Assembly: GCA_039208735.1 (NCBI GenBank)
Contig: JBCCQY010000008.1
Coordinates: forward strand, 1-64,000
DNA from: Myxococcota bacterium
GTDB lineage: Bacteria > Myxococcota_A > UBA796 > GCA-2862545
Length of the DNA stretch: 64,000 nt
Direction: 5' to 3'
Shown: positions 29,163 to 39,197 of the stretch, in pieces
How positions within the stretch are numbered: position 1 is the stretch's first letter
How the letters are laid out: every line of letters starts with the position of its first letter
Made by a program: the position numbers and the translations under genes
The notes under the pieces: generated by a model
The model's input: the letters and a program-made list of their open reading frames with translations, nothing else
Told to the model about the DNA's origin: nothing
Database searches by the model: none

Positions 29163-30806
29163 CTAGCGTTCGTGAGCGGTGTGGATCGGTAGAAGCACCT
29201 GCGAGGGGTACGCCGAGGAGTGATGGAGAACGTGCTCGGACGGCCGTAGCTCCGTACTCGTGGGCCACGGCGTGGCGGTACCCGGGTTGCGGACCCAACG
29301 GGGAAACGCGCCGCCCGAGACCTGGATGCGGAGCCGATCTCCGCGTCGGAAGCGCTGGGCCGTCGGCCAGAGGACCACGCGAACCGCCTGAGGCTCGCCC
29401 AACGCATCGACTGGAACCCGCTCCAAGTGGTCGCAGATGTTGCGCGAGACCCCGGACTCGTCCACACGGCAGAGGCGGACGAAGACATCGGCGATGGGAG
29501 AATTCGACGTGACCCATAGCTCCGCAATCGGGGTACCGATCACGTCGAGGTCCGCCTCAAGCGGGGCGCTCGTGAAGCAGAGCACGTCGTCGCGCGACTC
29601 CAGTGCCCGGTTGTCCACGGACGCCGGCCGGGCCCGCACTTCGAGCTTCGGCCCCCCGACGGACGGCGTGGGGTTGGCGGGGTCGTAGATCCACGCCGTG
29701 GGGGGCACGTCGTGTTCCGGGGCGGTGTCCACGAGCGCCCCGTCGTGGGTCAGGTACCAGGGCCGTTCGACCGTGTCGGGGGGCGGCCATTTGCGGAAGC
29801 GGCGCCATCCATCCCCCATCACGAATAGCTTCACCGGCGCCTCGTCGTGCTCGGCCGCTCCATGAGACCACCGTGCAAACCCGTCGAGCGCGTCCTCAAG
29901 GGCGTGGCGTTTGACCTCGGCATCCGTATGGGTCCACGGTCCCACCGTGATGCGCACGGGCCTGCCGGCCGCGTGCAGCGCCGCAAAGTCCTGGAGCGTC
30001 AAGGGAATGAAGATGTCGAACCAGCCGCCCACCAACGTGATTGGTCGGGTGATGTCCTCGAGCGTCTGCGTCATGTTGGTCGCCCGCCACGGCTCGGCCT
30101 CAGCACTCGGGTGCGCCAGCCACTCTCGCCACCACGCAACGGGCCGCCGGAGCACCGCTTCGTCGATCGTGGCCACCGGGAGCGCACGCCACTGGGCGGC
30201 TGAAATCGACGGGCGACCTGCGTACTCACCGACCGTGAAACGCAGTAATCCCCAGAAGGTACGTATGCGCTGCATGAGCAGCGTCCAATACAGACTCAAC
30301 TCAAGGAGGAACGATCTCCCGGCGTACCGCATCGTTGCGAAGTGCGAGGCTGAGATCTGAATGGCCATGCCCTTGACATCCGGCCCCGCATCTCGCGCGA
30401 TCGCCCACTGGGCGTAGCCGAGATAGCTCGCCCCGTAGGTGAAGATGACTCCGTCGTACCAGGACTGAGCGCGGATCCACTCCAGCGTGGCGAGGCCGTC
30501 GCCCTGCTCGTTCACCTGGGGCACGAACGTGCCCTCGGAGCCGCCGGTGCCACGGCATGCCTGCAGGACCACATGGTAGCCCTGTGTCGCGATGGGCACG
30601 GCCATCTCGAGCCCTATGGCCACGCGTCCGTACGGCGACCGAATCAACACCACCGGCCCCGTGGAGATGCCACGGGGCCGGTACACGTCGGTGAGCAGGT
30701 GAACGCCGTCACCCATGGCAACCCGCATCCCTCGGGTGACGTCCAGGTCATGGCGTGCGGTCAGGCCCGCGTTGCGAGTGAGCCAGCGCGAAACGAGCCG
30801 AATCAT
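29163..30806 (-). CDS. CocE/NonD family hydrolase
   Basis: LIRSPYG, RGTGGSEG, GASYLG, GGWFDIF, GPWTH, YDPANPTPSVGG; GGAGG RBS. Confidence 0.92.
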   Translation of the reverse strand: MIRLVSRWLTRNAGLTARHDLDVTRGMRVAMGDGVHLLTDVYRPRGISTGPVVLIRSPYGRVAIGLEMAVPIATQGYHVVLQACRGTGGSEGTFVPQVNEQGDGLATLEWIRAQSWYDGVIFTYGASYLGYAQWAIARDAGPDVKGMAIQISASHFATMRYAGRSFLLELSLYWTLLMQRIRTFWGLLRFTVGEYAGRPSISAAQWRALPVATIDEAVLRRPVAWWREWLAHPSAEAEPWRATNMTQTLEDITRPITLVGGWFDIFIPLTLQDFAALHAAGRPVRITVGPWTHTDAEVKRHALEDALDGFARWSHGAAEHDEAPVKLFVMGDGWRRFRKWPPPDTVERPWYLTHDGALVDTAPEHDVPPTAWIYDPANPTPSVGGPKLEVRARPASVDNRALESRDDVLCFTSAPLEADLDVIGTPIAELWVTSNSPIADVFVRLCRVDESGVSRNICDHLERVPVDALGEPQAVRVVLWPTAQRFRRGDRLRIQVSGGAFPRWVRNPGTATPWPTSTELRPSEHVLHHSSAYPSQVLLPIHTAHER

Positions 30807-30898
30807 GGCGGGACCTCCGGGAGCGCCTCGCGAAGTATATGGGCTCTCGGGCAAGACGCGGCTGCACGTCCGCCCCCGCTCCCTCCGCGGCATGAAGC

Positions 30899-31600
30899 TC
30901 AGTTCGACCCTTCGCCGCCGGCCTCGGCCGCCGCCATCCGCTCGACCAGATAGGCCCCCATCGTCGCGGCGCCCGCGAGCGAGGGATGCACGTGATCGTC
31001 GACGTACATGTCGAGGTCCGTACTCGAGATGACGTCGCGCATGTCGATGAAGTCGATGCGCGCGTCGAACGTCGCGAGCGTCGTGAGTCGCTGGGCTAGC
31101 ACCTCGAACTCGTCGTCGCAGGCGTCGAAGCCGAACGCGGCATCGTCAGGGAGATCGGGGTAGCCCATCAGGGCGACCCGCACGCCGGACTGCGCGATGG
31201 GCCCCACGAAGCGGGGAAACACTCCGCCTCGCCCGTCGGAGGTCACGAGGCTGTCGAGAACGTCGTCACAGCCGTCACACCCGCAGAGCTCGCCGAGGTC
31301 GTTTCCTCCCCCATCGACGATGAGCCAGCTCCAGTCACCCTCCCGATACTGATCGGGGATAGCGGGGCGCTCGGGGTCACCGAGGGTCATCAAGGCTCCT
31401 CCAACCGACACATTGGCGACGCTCTCACCCCGAGCCTCGCTGACCACATCGGCGATCGAGGCTCCCTCCTCGGCAAAGGAGGCCATGATGGAATCCCCCA
31501 CCGCGTGAATCCCCGCCCGCGGTGTCGGGGGGCTCGAATCAAGGGTTGCCTCCTGGCAAGCGGCCAGTGCGATCAGAGGCAGGACGGTTCGCGCAAACAT
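30899..31600 (-). CDS. SGNH/GDSL hydrolase lipoprotein
   Basis: Lipobox LAAC; GDS, GGGND, DHVHPS. Confidence 0.88.
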   Translation of the reverse strand: MFARTVLPLIALAACQEATLDSSPPTPRAGIHAVGDSIMASFAEEGASIADVVSEARGESVANVSVGGALMTLGDPERPAIPDQYREGDWSWLIVDGGGNDLGELCGCDGCDDVLDSLVTSDGRGGVFPRFVGPIAQSGVRVALMGYPDLPDDAAFGFDACDDEFEVLAQRLTTLATFDARIDFIDMRDVISSTDLDMYVDDHVHPSLAGAATMGAYLVERMAAAEAGGEGSN

Positions 31601-31683
31601 CTCGTCTCCAGGGTGGGCATCGGATCAACGGTAGACGTGCCCCTTTCAGGGCAGAATTCGGGCGCCTTGCGTGCACGTGACGC

Positions 31684-32712
31684 ATGCATGCCACGCACCT
31701 TCCGGCATCACCCACCCCCGCCTACGTTCGACTCGTGCAGACCCCACGTCCCATTGCAATGGCCGGCCTTGGCCTTTCGATGGCTCTCACATCAGCCGCA
31801 AGCAGCACCGCCAATGTGACACTGCCCACCTTGGCCGAGTCGTTCGATGCCCACTTTGGCGAGCTGCAATGGGTGGTGACGGCCTATCTGATCGCCATCA
31901 CAGGCACGCTTTTGGGCATTGGAATTCTCATCCACCGGCTGGGCCAGCGACGGCTCTTCTTCCTGGGCGTTGTGGTTTTCGCAGGCGGCTCGCTCGCCAT
32001 TGCAGTCTCCCCAAGCTTGCCGAGCGTGGCACTGCCGTTGGCCCCCTTGCGGCAGGGGCGCTCCTCACATCCTGCGGATGGCGGCCGGTCTTTGTCATCA
32101 ACGTCCCGCTTGCGCTGATGCTCTTGCTCTTGCTTGGCTGGGGACTCCCACCCCGCCGCATCGATCGACACCGTTCACCGCCTATAGCGAGCCTTTCCGG
32201 GCAGGGGCGTCGCTTGCTCGGACGACTCGTGGCGCATGGGTGCGTGGCGGCCGTCATGATGGCTACGCTCGTGGTCGGGCCGTTCTACCTCGAGCATCAG
32301 GGCCTCGAGCCCGCTCGTGTGGGCGTCATCGTCGCCGTGGGGCCCTTCGTATCCATGTTGTCGGGCCCGCCCGCCGGACGGCTCGTCGACCGGTTCGGTG
32401 CCGCGTCCATGACCCTGTGGTCACTCGGGGGCCTCCTGGTGGGCTGCGTGGCCCGCCAACAGCGTGCACATCCTCCTTGCGGTGCCCTACGAACGTGCGG
32501 TGTGGTCGGGCCGACTAACGCTGTCGCGCAACCTGGGCCTCATGGCAGGAGCCTCACTGATGGGCGGCATCTTCGCACGTGTATCGGGGCTGACCCAGGC
32601 CGCCGGTCCTGCGCTTGCCGTCAGCGAAGGACTACGCGTCATCTTCGGACTTGGTGCCATCTTACTTCTCTTTGGAGGAATCCTCGTCCGGTGGATGGAG
32701 GCCCGGCGGTGA
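31684..32712 (+). pseudogene. DHA2-type MFS efflux transporter, frameshifted and internally deleted
   Basis: ANVTLPTLA..QWVVTAYL, WRPVFVINVPL..AGRLVDRFG and SGRLTLSRNLG are split over different frames, with TM segments missing. Confidence 0.8.
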
Positions 32713-33615
32713 CCGTTGCGCGCAAGCGTCGACAACCAACGTCCGCAACCAACGATGGGCCAGATCGACCTCGAACCGAGGATGCCAGAGCATGCTCACC
32801 GTCACCACGGGCGTAGACATCGGAAGCGGAAAGACGACGAGCCCGTGGCACAAACCCGCCGTATGCCGCTCGGGCACGGTCGCCACGAGGCCTTGCGCCC
32901 GCGTGAACGCCAGCGCGGCCGCGAACCCGTCCACCAAGACCGCGATCGTACGCTTCAGCCCATATTCGGCGAGCGCTGGATCGATCGGTCCACCATGCGG
33001 CTGTGCGTCGGCCACGTGGCGCAAGACGCCGACGTGGGGACCAGCGGCATATCGCTCTACGGTCAGTGGGCCGGTGACGAGCGGGTGGTCCGCGTTGACG
33101 ACCCCGACGAATCGGTCGCGAAAGAGCGCCCGCGAACGCACCTCCGGTCGCGTCATTCGGCCCACCACCCCCACTTCGAGGTCCGCCGTGCCGTCCCGAA
33201 GCGATTGACCGGTTCGGTCTTCCCGTTTCTCGAAGGACAGTCGAACGCCAGGTGCCTCTCGCTGCGCACGCTGAAACAAGCGCGGGCCGAACGTCTCCAC
33301 AAAGCCATCGGCCACGCCGACCGTGAACGTCCGCAAAAGGGCGGACGGATCGATGCCATGGGATGGGCGCAGGGCGGCCTCGACTTCCTGAACGAGCCGC
33401 CCCACCGTCTCCCCGAGCTGTCGGGCCCGGGGCGTGGGCACCATGCGTCGTCCTGCCCGGACCAGCAACGGATCTCCGGTCGCCCGTCGCAACCGTGCAA
33501 GCGTGCGGCTCATCGCCGAGGGACTCAACTTCAAACGCCGTGCCGCAGCTGCGACACTCTGCTCTTGGAGCAGCACGTCTAGGGCCACAAGGAGGTTGAA
33601 GTCAGCGTCGGGCAT
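32662..33615 (-). CDS. LysR family regulator
   Basis: DFNLLVALDVLLQEQSVAAAARRLKLSPSAMSRTLARLR..GDPLLVRAGR. Confidence 0.93.
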   Translation of the reverse strand: MPDADFNLLVALDVLLQEQSVAAAARRLKLSPSAMSRTLARLRRATGDPLLVRAGRRMVPTPRARQLGETVGRLVQEVEAALRPSHGIDPSALLRTFTVGVADGFVETFGPRLFQRAQREAPGVRLSFEKREDRTGQSLRDGTADLEVGVVGRMTRPEVRSRALFRDRFVGVVNADHPLVTGPLTVERYAAGPHVGVLRHVADAQPHGGPIDPALAEYGLKRTIAVLVDGFAAALAFTRAQGLVATVPERHTAGLCHGLVVFPLPMSTPVVTVSMLWHPRFEVDLAHRWLRTLVVDACAQRSPPGLHPPDEDSSKEK

Positions 33616-33745
33616 CACGTGGCGCTGTAGCGTGAACCAGCGCGGGTGCCGAGGGCTCGGCCATGCACGCATGACATGCGTCCGACGCTCCTTCTGATTC
33701 CCCGGAGGCCGGCATAGCCATCGATGCACCCAACGCGGAGACCTC

Positions 33746-34276
33746 ATGACGCCTCTCTCGAACCTCATCGACGGCATTGGAACGTCCTTTGGGCCATTGT
33801 GTACAAAAACCATCGAAGACTGCCAGCGTTGGATTCAGCGACTGGCCTGCACACTCGACACAGAGCACTGGCTCAAGGGGCTCGAACCAAATCCGACCAC
33901 CGTGCTGCATCAAGACCCCGTGCAGGGCTTCGTTCTCAAGACCCACCACGTCCTCGAAGGGCAGTACTTTGCGCCTCACGACCATGGGCAGGGTTGGGTC
34001 ATCTATGCCGTGCAGTCCGGCGAGATGGAGTTGAGTACCTACGTCGAGCCCGGTGGAAAGGGCACGGCTCCACTCGTCCGCCGAGAACGCTACCGCATGG
34101 GACCGGGCGACTGCCGGGTCTTCTTACCAGGCGACATTCACGACACCCGGTGCGTGTCGAAGTCGGTTCGATTGTTTCGCTTCACGAGTTGTGACCTCGA
34201 TATTGAAGCGGAGGAGGGACGGATGACGAAATTTGTTGCGCGGGATGGGGACTGGGTCCGACCCTCATCGGTCTAG
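33746..34276 (+). CDS. Cysteine dioxygenase-like cupin
   Basis: PHDHGQGWVIYAV and GDIHDT metal-binding motifs; divergent from LysR. Confidence 0.75.
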   Translation: MTPLSNLIDGIGTSFGPLCTKTIEDCQRWIQRLACTLDTEHWLKGLEPNPTTVLHQDPVQGFVLKTHHVLEGQYFAPHDHGQGWVIYAVQSGEMELSTYVEPGGKGTAPLVRRERYRMGPGDCRVFLPGDIHDTRCVSKSVRLFRFTSCDLDIEAEEGRMTKFVARDGDWVRPSSV

Positions 34277-34361
34277 CCATGAATGTGGAGTGGCTGCTTC
34301 GCCTAAGCCCGCGTGGTGAGTCCGGGTTCACGCGCATCGTAGTGAGTGGTAGACCCCCAGG

Positions 34362-35750
34362 ATGCCGAGCCTCTCAGAATCCCGCCGCCTGCGCCTGCTC
34401 ACGTTCACCGCGCTCTACTTCGCTCAAGGCGTGCCCTGGGGGTTCATCTCCGTCGGCTACGTCGTGCTCCTCGCGGATCTAGGGCTCGACAACACCGCCG
34501 TAGGCGCCGCGATCGGGCTTGCGTACCTCCCGTGGTCGTTCAAGATCCTGTGGGGACCGCTGCTCGATGCCGTGCCCCCCCTACGCGTCGGCCGGCGGCG
34601 GCCCTTCATCGTGTTCGCCGAGCTGATGATGGGCCTCACGCTCGTCGCGATGATGCCCCTCGACCCCCTCACCCAGCTGCCTTGGATCTCGCTGCTCCTC
34701 TTCCTACACAACACCTTCGCCTCACTCCAGGACGTCGCCGTCGACGCACTCGCGGTCGAACTGCTCGAGGAGGCCGAGCGGGGACGAGCCAACGCACTGA
34801 TGTGGGCCAGCAAGTCGCTCGGCGTGGCACTCGGGGGTGGCGGAGGCACGGTGCTGGCCAAGTCGCTAGGCTGGTCGAACCTCTTCATCGTGATGGCCCT
34901 GTGCATCTGGGCCATCGTGCTGTTGCCCTTGTTGCTACGGGAGCGCCCGCCGTCCGCGGACGACACGCCCGTCGATGCACGACTCCTCCGACTCGGTTGG
35001 TTCCTCGTCCCCTTCGCAGCCGTGGGGGCGGTCATGTGGGGCCTCTCCACGCTCGACAGACCGTGGGTGCCCATCGTCCAGCCCTTCGCGGCGCTGGCGG
35101 GAGCACTCGCGGCATGGCCGCTGGTGGACCGGACCGGATTCGGTCAGCTGCAGCGGTCGTTTTCGTTTGCGACCCCGTGGTGGGGAATCGCCGCCGCAGT
35201 CTTCACGCCTGCGGGCTATGCGCTGGTATCGATCCCCATGACCCGGATGATCCGCGCCGATCTGCAGCTGTCGGAAGAACGCATCGCGTTCCTCACCGGA
35301 GTCGTCGATCCCGCCGCGGGGGTGGTCGGCGCGCTCGTCGGCGGTCTGCTCGCTGACCGCCTGGGGGCGAGACCCACGGTGGGAGCCCTGATGGGCGGCA
35401 TCGCCGCGTGCCTCGCCGTGTTCGGACTGACCGAGGCATGGTGGCCTTCGTACGGGTTCCTCATCGGCTGGACGATCGCCCAGATGATGCTCGTCAACGG
35501 CTACAACGCAGGGATGCTTTCGCTGTACCAAGGACTTTCGAACCCGCGCATCGGCGCCACACACTTCGCCGTGTACATGGCAGCCACCAACCTGACCTAC
35601 GCCTGGGCGTCCCCGCTGGGAGGTTTGCTGGCCGACACGTGGGGGTTCCCGGTACTCTTCGGGATTGCCGCCACTGTGCAGCTGGCCACCATCGCGCTTG
35701 TGTCGCGACTGGATGTCGTGAATGCTCGCACCACCTACTCGGTGACGTGA
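34362..35750 (+). CDS. AmpG-like MFS transporter
   Basis: LYFAQGVPWGF, PWSFKILWGPLLD, QDVAVDAL, ATHFAVYMA. Confidence 0.85.
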   Translation: MPSLSESRRLRLLTFTALYFAQGVPWGFISVGYVVLLADLGLDNTAVGAAIGLAYLPWSFKILWGPLLDAVPPLRVGRRRPFIVFAELMMGLTLVAMMPLDPLTQLPWISLLLFLHNTFASLQDVAVDALAVELLEEAERGRANALMWASKSLGVALGGGGGTVLAKSLGWSNLFIVMALCIWAIVLLPLLLRERPPSADDTPVDARLLRLGWFLVPFAAVGAVMWGLSTLDRPWVPIVQPFAALAGALAAWPLVDRTGFGQLQRSFSFATPWWGIAAAVFTPAGYALVSIPMTRMIRADLQLSEERIAFLTGVVDPAAGVVGALVGGLLADRLGARPTVGALMGGIAACLAVFGLTEAWWPSYGFLIGWTIAQMMLVNGYNAGMLSLYQGLSNPRIGATHFAVYMAATNLTYAWASPLGGLLADTWGFPVLFGIAATVQLATIALVSRLDVVNARTTYSVT

Positions 35751-35800
35751 CATGGAACGAGCGTCTGGAAGACGAACACTTGTCGCTGAACGGTGAGGCG

Positions 35801-36793
35801 TCACCGTTGCGAATGGACCTGGATCCCTAGTTTCGACGCGCCCTCCACGAGGCTTGAAACATCGAGATGGGGGTGGGGCACACCGAGCTTCAACACCTCC
35901 AAATTCTCGAACGCAGCAAGGTGCCCAAGCAGGACATCGACATCGGCCAAATCACTCTGCGGCAATACGAGCTTTCGCAAGGACTGGACATTGGCCGTCA
36001 TGGACAGCGCTCCAACCAGCCCATGGGCCCCATAAGCGTTTTCAAGCGTCAGCGAGGTGAGCGTGACCCGTTCGAACGGCAACCATGCATCGGACCAGGA
36101 ATGCATCGCCTCCGAGGCCACCCCGAGGTCCACGACGAGTTCCCGAAGCCGCGGACACCCCTCCTCTGGAAAGTAGGGCCACCCCTCGAACGGCCCCTGC
36201 AGCACGAGGCGCTCCAGATACGGCGCACGGACCTCGCCAAGGCGCATGCGATGACCCCGCACGGTCAGCACAACGAGGCGCGACACATGGTCCCAAAGGG
36301 GTTCGAGATCCACGGATGTCGAAGTCACAGCTCGCTCGTTGTAAGGACCGACAAACAGTTCTCGGAGCCCCGCCATCGGCACCTCAGTCAACGCTTCGAG
36401 ACCGGCGGACATTTCGGGAGCGGGGCGAAGCGACAGGCGCTCCAGCAACGAGCCAGAAGGGTGGGCGAGGAGCTTGCGAAGGCTCGTTTCGATGACCCCG
36501 GCATGCATTGCATCGAGCTGCACAGTGTGGAGGTAGCCAAGTCGCCACAACGCCAACGTGTGATGGGCGTCGCTCATGATCGGCCCCAAGACCCTTGGGC
36601 CGGGTAGCGACAGACCGCGCAGCTGGAGCGCAGCCAGGGAGTGTGGCACCAGCGGGGCCAGCGCGGCATTCATCATGTCCCGAGCGAAGTGCACCCTCGG
36701 GTCATCATGCTCGGCCAACCAATCGAACAAGACCGCCCAACGATCGAGGTCCGCGGGTTGTTCTGTAATTCGCGTATAGAGTTTTACATCCAT
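35801..36793 (-). CDS. TIGR02996-like N-terminus plus leucine-rich-repeat protein
   Basis: PADLDRWAVLFDWLAEHDDPR, WRLGYL, repeated LxxLxL. Confidence 0.7.
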   Translation of the reverse strand: MDVKLYTRITEQPADLDRWAVLFDWLAEHDDPRVHFARDMMNAALAPLVPHSLAALQLRGLSLPGPRVLGPIMSDAHHTLALWRLGYLHTVQLDAMHAGVIETSLRKLLAHPSGSLLERLSLRPAPEMSAGLEALTEVPMAGLRELFVGPYNERAVTSTSVDLEPLWDHVSRLVVLTVRGHRMRLGEVRAPYLERLVLQGPFEGWPYFPEEGCPRLRELVVDLGVASEAMHSWSDAWLPFERVTLTSLTLENAYGAHGLVGALSMTANVQSLRKLVLPQSDLADVDVLLGHLAAFENLEVLKLGVPHPHLDVSSLVEGASKLGIQVHSQR

Positions 36794-37070
36794 GAAGGGT
36801 CTCGGCTGTCCATGCGAGCGCCCAGACGATGGGGGTCACGGGGTAGCGCGCCAACTCGCCCTTCCATATCTCCCAACCCTGTTTGAAGATAATTCGAAGC
36901 CCGACGAACGGAGTGGTCCATCGCTGACGGAGAAAGTCAACGCCGGTTGGATGCCACCCTGTAGAAGAACCCAGGTCCTCTTCCCATCGAGCACAGTATC
37001 CCGTTCACAGCGCGTGATTGCAGAAGACCCGCCGTCGTGTTCCCTGCTATTCACACTTTGCGGATGTGAC

Positions 37071-39197
37071 ATGGCGCTCGTTCCATCGGACAAAGCTGGA
37101 CATTGGCACGATCCAGTTGTCGACCTAAACGGCCCTATCACCGTGGCGTTGGTGGTGGGGGTGAGCCACTATCCTCACCTCGGAGGCGGTAACGACCCGG
37201 TGAACGAGACGTTCGGGTTCCAACAACTCAACGTCTCGGCGCTCACGGCGTGGCAGATCTTCAACTGGCTGCGCCACGAGTTCCGAAGCTCCGCCCCCCT
37301 CGCCGAGGTGTGGCTTCTGCTGGCGCCCAGCGACAAAGAGCGTTCGCTGCACCCTGAGATGATGCAACACGCACAGGAACCTGACTTCCTCAACCTTCAG
37401 ACCGCGACCCGCAATTGGGCCCTGCGGGTGCGTTCCATTCCGGAAACGCAACGCGCATCCAGCCGAACGGTCTTCTTCTGGTCGGGGCACGGCGTCGAGG
37501 TGCACACCCGGCGCCAATTGCTGCTCCCGACGGACTGGCCCAAGCTCGACCACCACCTTTGCTTATCGGTCGACAACTTGCGTCGCGGGCTCGATGACAT
37601 CGAAGCCCAACAGATCCTTGTCATCGACGCCTGTCGCACGGGTTCGGCCGAACTCAAAGAACAGGTCGAAGACGGCTCGAGCATCCTCGACGTGGTTCGT
37701 CCCGAAGACACGGTGGATGAGCTGCAGCGAGTCGTGCTGCACAGCACCAAGCCAGGCGCCGAGGCGATGGCTCCACTCGATCCAGCGGCCGGTCCGACCC
37801 TGTTTGGCCGTGCCCTTCTCGATGGCCTCCGCGGCTTTCACGACATCTCCCTTACGCCGAACGGAGGAGGTTCGACCGTACATGTCGACCAGCTCATCGG
37901 CTATCTGAAGCGTCGGGTCAAGGAACTCCTAAAGAAGACCAAGGCACCAACGGGACAACTCGTTCGGCCCCTTCGTGAGAGCAGCAACAACCTGGAGTTA
38001 ACGTTGGTCTTGGCGCCACCAGACCAGCTGCCTCCGGATCCTCCGGAGAGTGTGGCGGTCCAACCCATCGGACTCTCGACGAGGGTCGAGGGCAATCAGA
38101 TCGTGGTCGTAGCGGAAAGCCGCCCCGAGGCCGGTGGATTCCGGGGCGGTGCCATCGAGACCAAGACCTCCATCCCACTCGAAGCCTTAGCCAACGGGGC
38201 TCCCATTTGGGTCACAGAGCGAAATGGTTCGGTCGACCAGGTGTTCGCACGACCTCCCACGCCGGAGGAGGCGCCCGTGGCCTACCGGGTGGGGGACGTA
38301 CGCCGGAATGGAAACTCCGCGACATTCCGCCCCGCGGTGCCCGACCCGCGATTGTGGCGCACCATCGATGATCCGCTCGATCCGGAAACCACCTTGCAGA
38401 CCTCGGTCTGGTCGGCAGCCCGGCTAAGTCCGCTGGAGCAGCCCGAAGAGGACGTGGCCTTCGAACTGGAAGAGCCTCGTTCCAGTCGCGAGGGGCAAAT
38501 GCTTCACGGACGGCTCTCCGCAAACGGACAGGGCGGCCCCTTTTTGCTTCAGCTGCCCGGAATGTCGGTCGTGCTCGCCGGCGATGAAGGTGCCGAGTGG
38601 CGCGTTGAAGCCGGATGGACCCCCAACGCAGAACCGCGTGTCGTGAGCGACCTCCGTGCCGCGCTTCGGTCCGATCGGGATGACCCGCAAGGCCGTTCCG
38701 CTCGGCTGTGGGATCTCTACATGGCGGCAAGCGCAGGAGAAGCGGCGGAACTCGTAGAAAGCTCTTGGATTACGCTCGAGTCACTGCTTGCGGGCAAGCG
38801 CCGAGCCCCGTTTGCTGCCGTGGTCGCCGGTCTCGTGTTGGTGCAAGGCCGCCGTTTTGATCTCACCCACGATTGGCTCGGCAACCTAGCGCGGTGGTTT
38901 CCAACCATTCCAGATACGCACGTGCTCCACGCATACGAGCGCATGGCCTATGGTGCGAGGCGAGATCAAGCCGCCATCGTGGAGGCACTGGCTCCTCTCG
39001 TAGACCACGGACTGCCCTGGACCAGCGATGGATACGCACTCGCCACAGACGTCGTGGAGCGTATCGGCATCGACGATCCTCGGATCGCGAGAATCAGCCA
39101 CGCCCTGAAACGCATGGCCCCTTTCCTCGGTGCCGGCACCCTCTTCGCCACCTTCGTCGACCACCCCCGACGCCCATCCCTGACGGAGATTCTATGA
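37071..39197 (+). CDS. Caspase-like (C14, orthocaspase-type) protease with long uncharacterised C-terminus
   Basis: ALVVGVSHY, FFWSGHG (His), VIDACR (Cys), TLFGRALLDGL; no signal peptide. Confidence 0.88.
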   Translation: MALVPSDKAGHWHDPVVDLNGPITVALVVGVSHYPHLGGGNDPVNETFGFQQLNVSALTAWQIFNWLRHEFRSSAPLAEVWLLLAPSDKERSLHPEMMQHAQEPDFLNLQTATRNWALRVRSIPETQRASSRTVFFWSGHGVEVHTRRQLLLPTDWPKLDHHLCLSVDNLRRGLDDIEAQQILVIDACRTGSAELKEQVEDGSSILDVVRPEDTVDELQRVVLHSTKPGAEAMAPLDPAAGPTLFGRALLDGLRGFHDISLTPNGGGSTVHVDQLIGYLKRRVKELLKKTKAPTGQLVRPLRESSNNLELTLVLAPPDQLPPDPPESVAVQPIGLSTRVEGNQIVVVAESRPEAGGFRGGAIETKTSIPLEALANGAPIWVTERNGSVDQVFARPPTPEEAPVAYRVGDVRRNGNSATFRPAVPDPRLWRTIDDPLDPETTLQTSVWSAARLSPLEQPEEDVAFELEEPRSSREGQMLHGRLSANGQGGPFLLQLPGMSVVLAGDEGAEWRVEAGWTPNAEPRVVSDLRAALRSDRDDPQGRSARLWDLYMAASAGEAAELVESSWITLESLLAGKRRAPFAAVVAGLVLVQGRRFDLTHDWLGNLARWFPTIPDTHVLHAYERMAYGARRDQAAIVEALAPLVDHGLPWTSDGYALATDVVERIGIDDPRIARISHALKRMAPFLGAGTLFATFVDHPRRPSLTEIL

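Noticed and set aside
36792..37070. N-terminal extension of the caspase ORF given by the ORF track
   Set aside because: Non-protein-like composition and it overlaps the start of the divergent gene; ATG 37071 just before the caspase domain is preferred.
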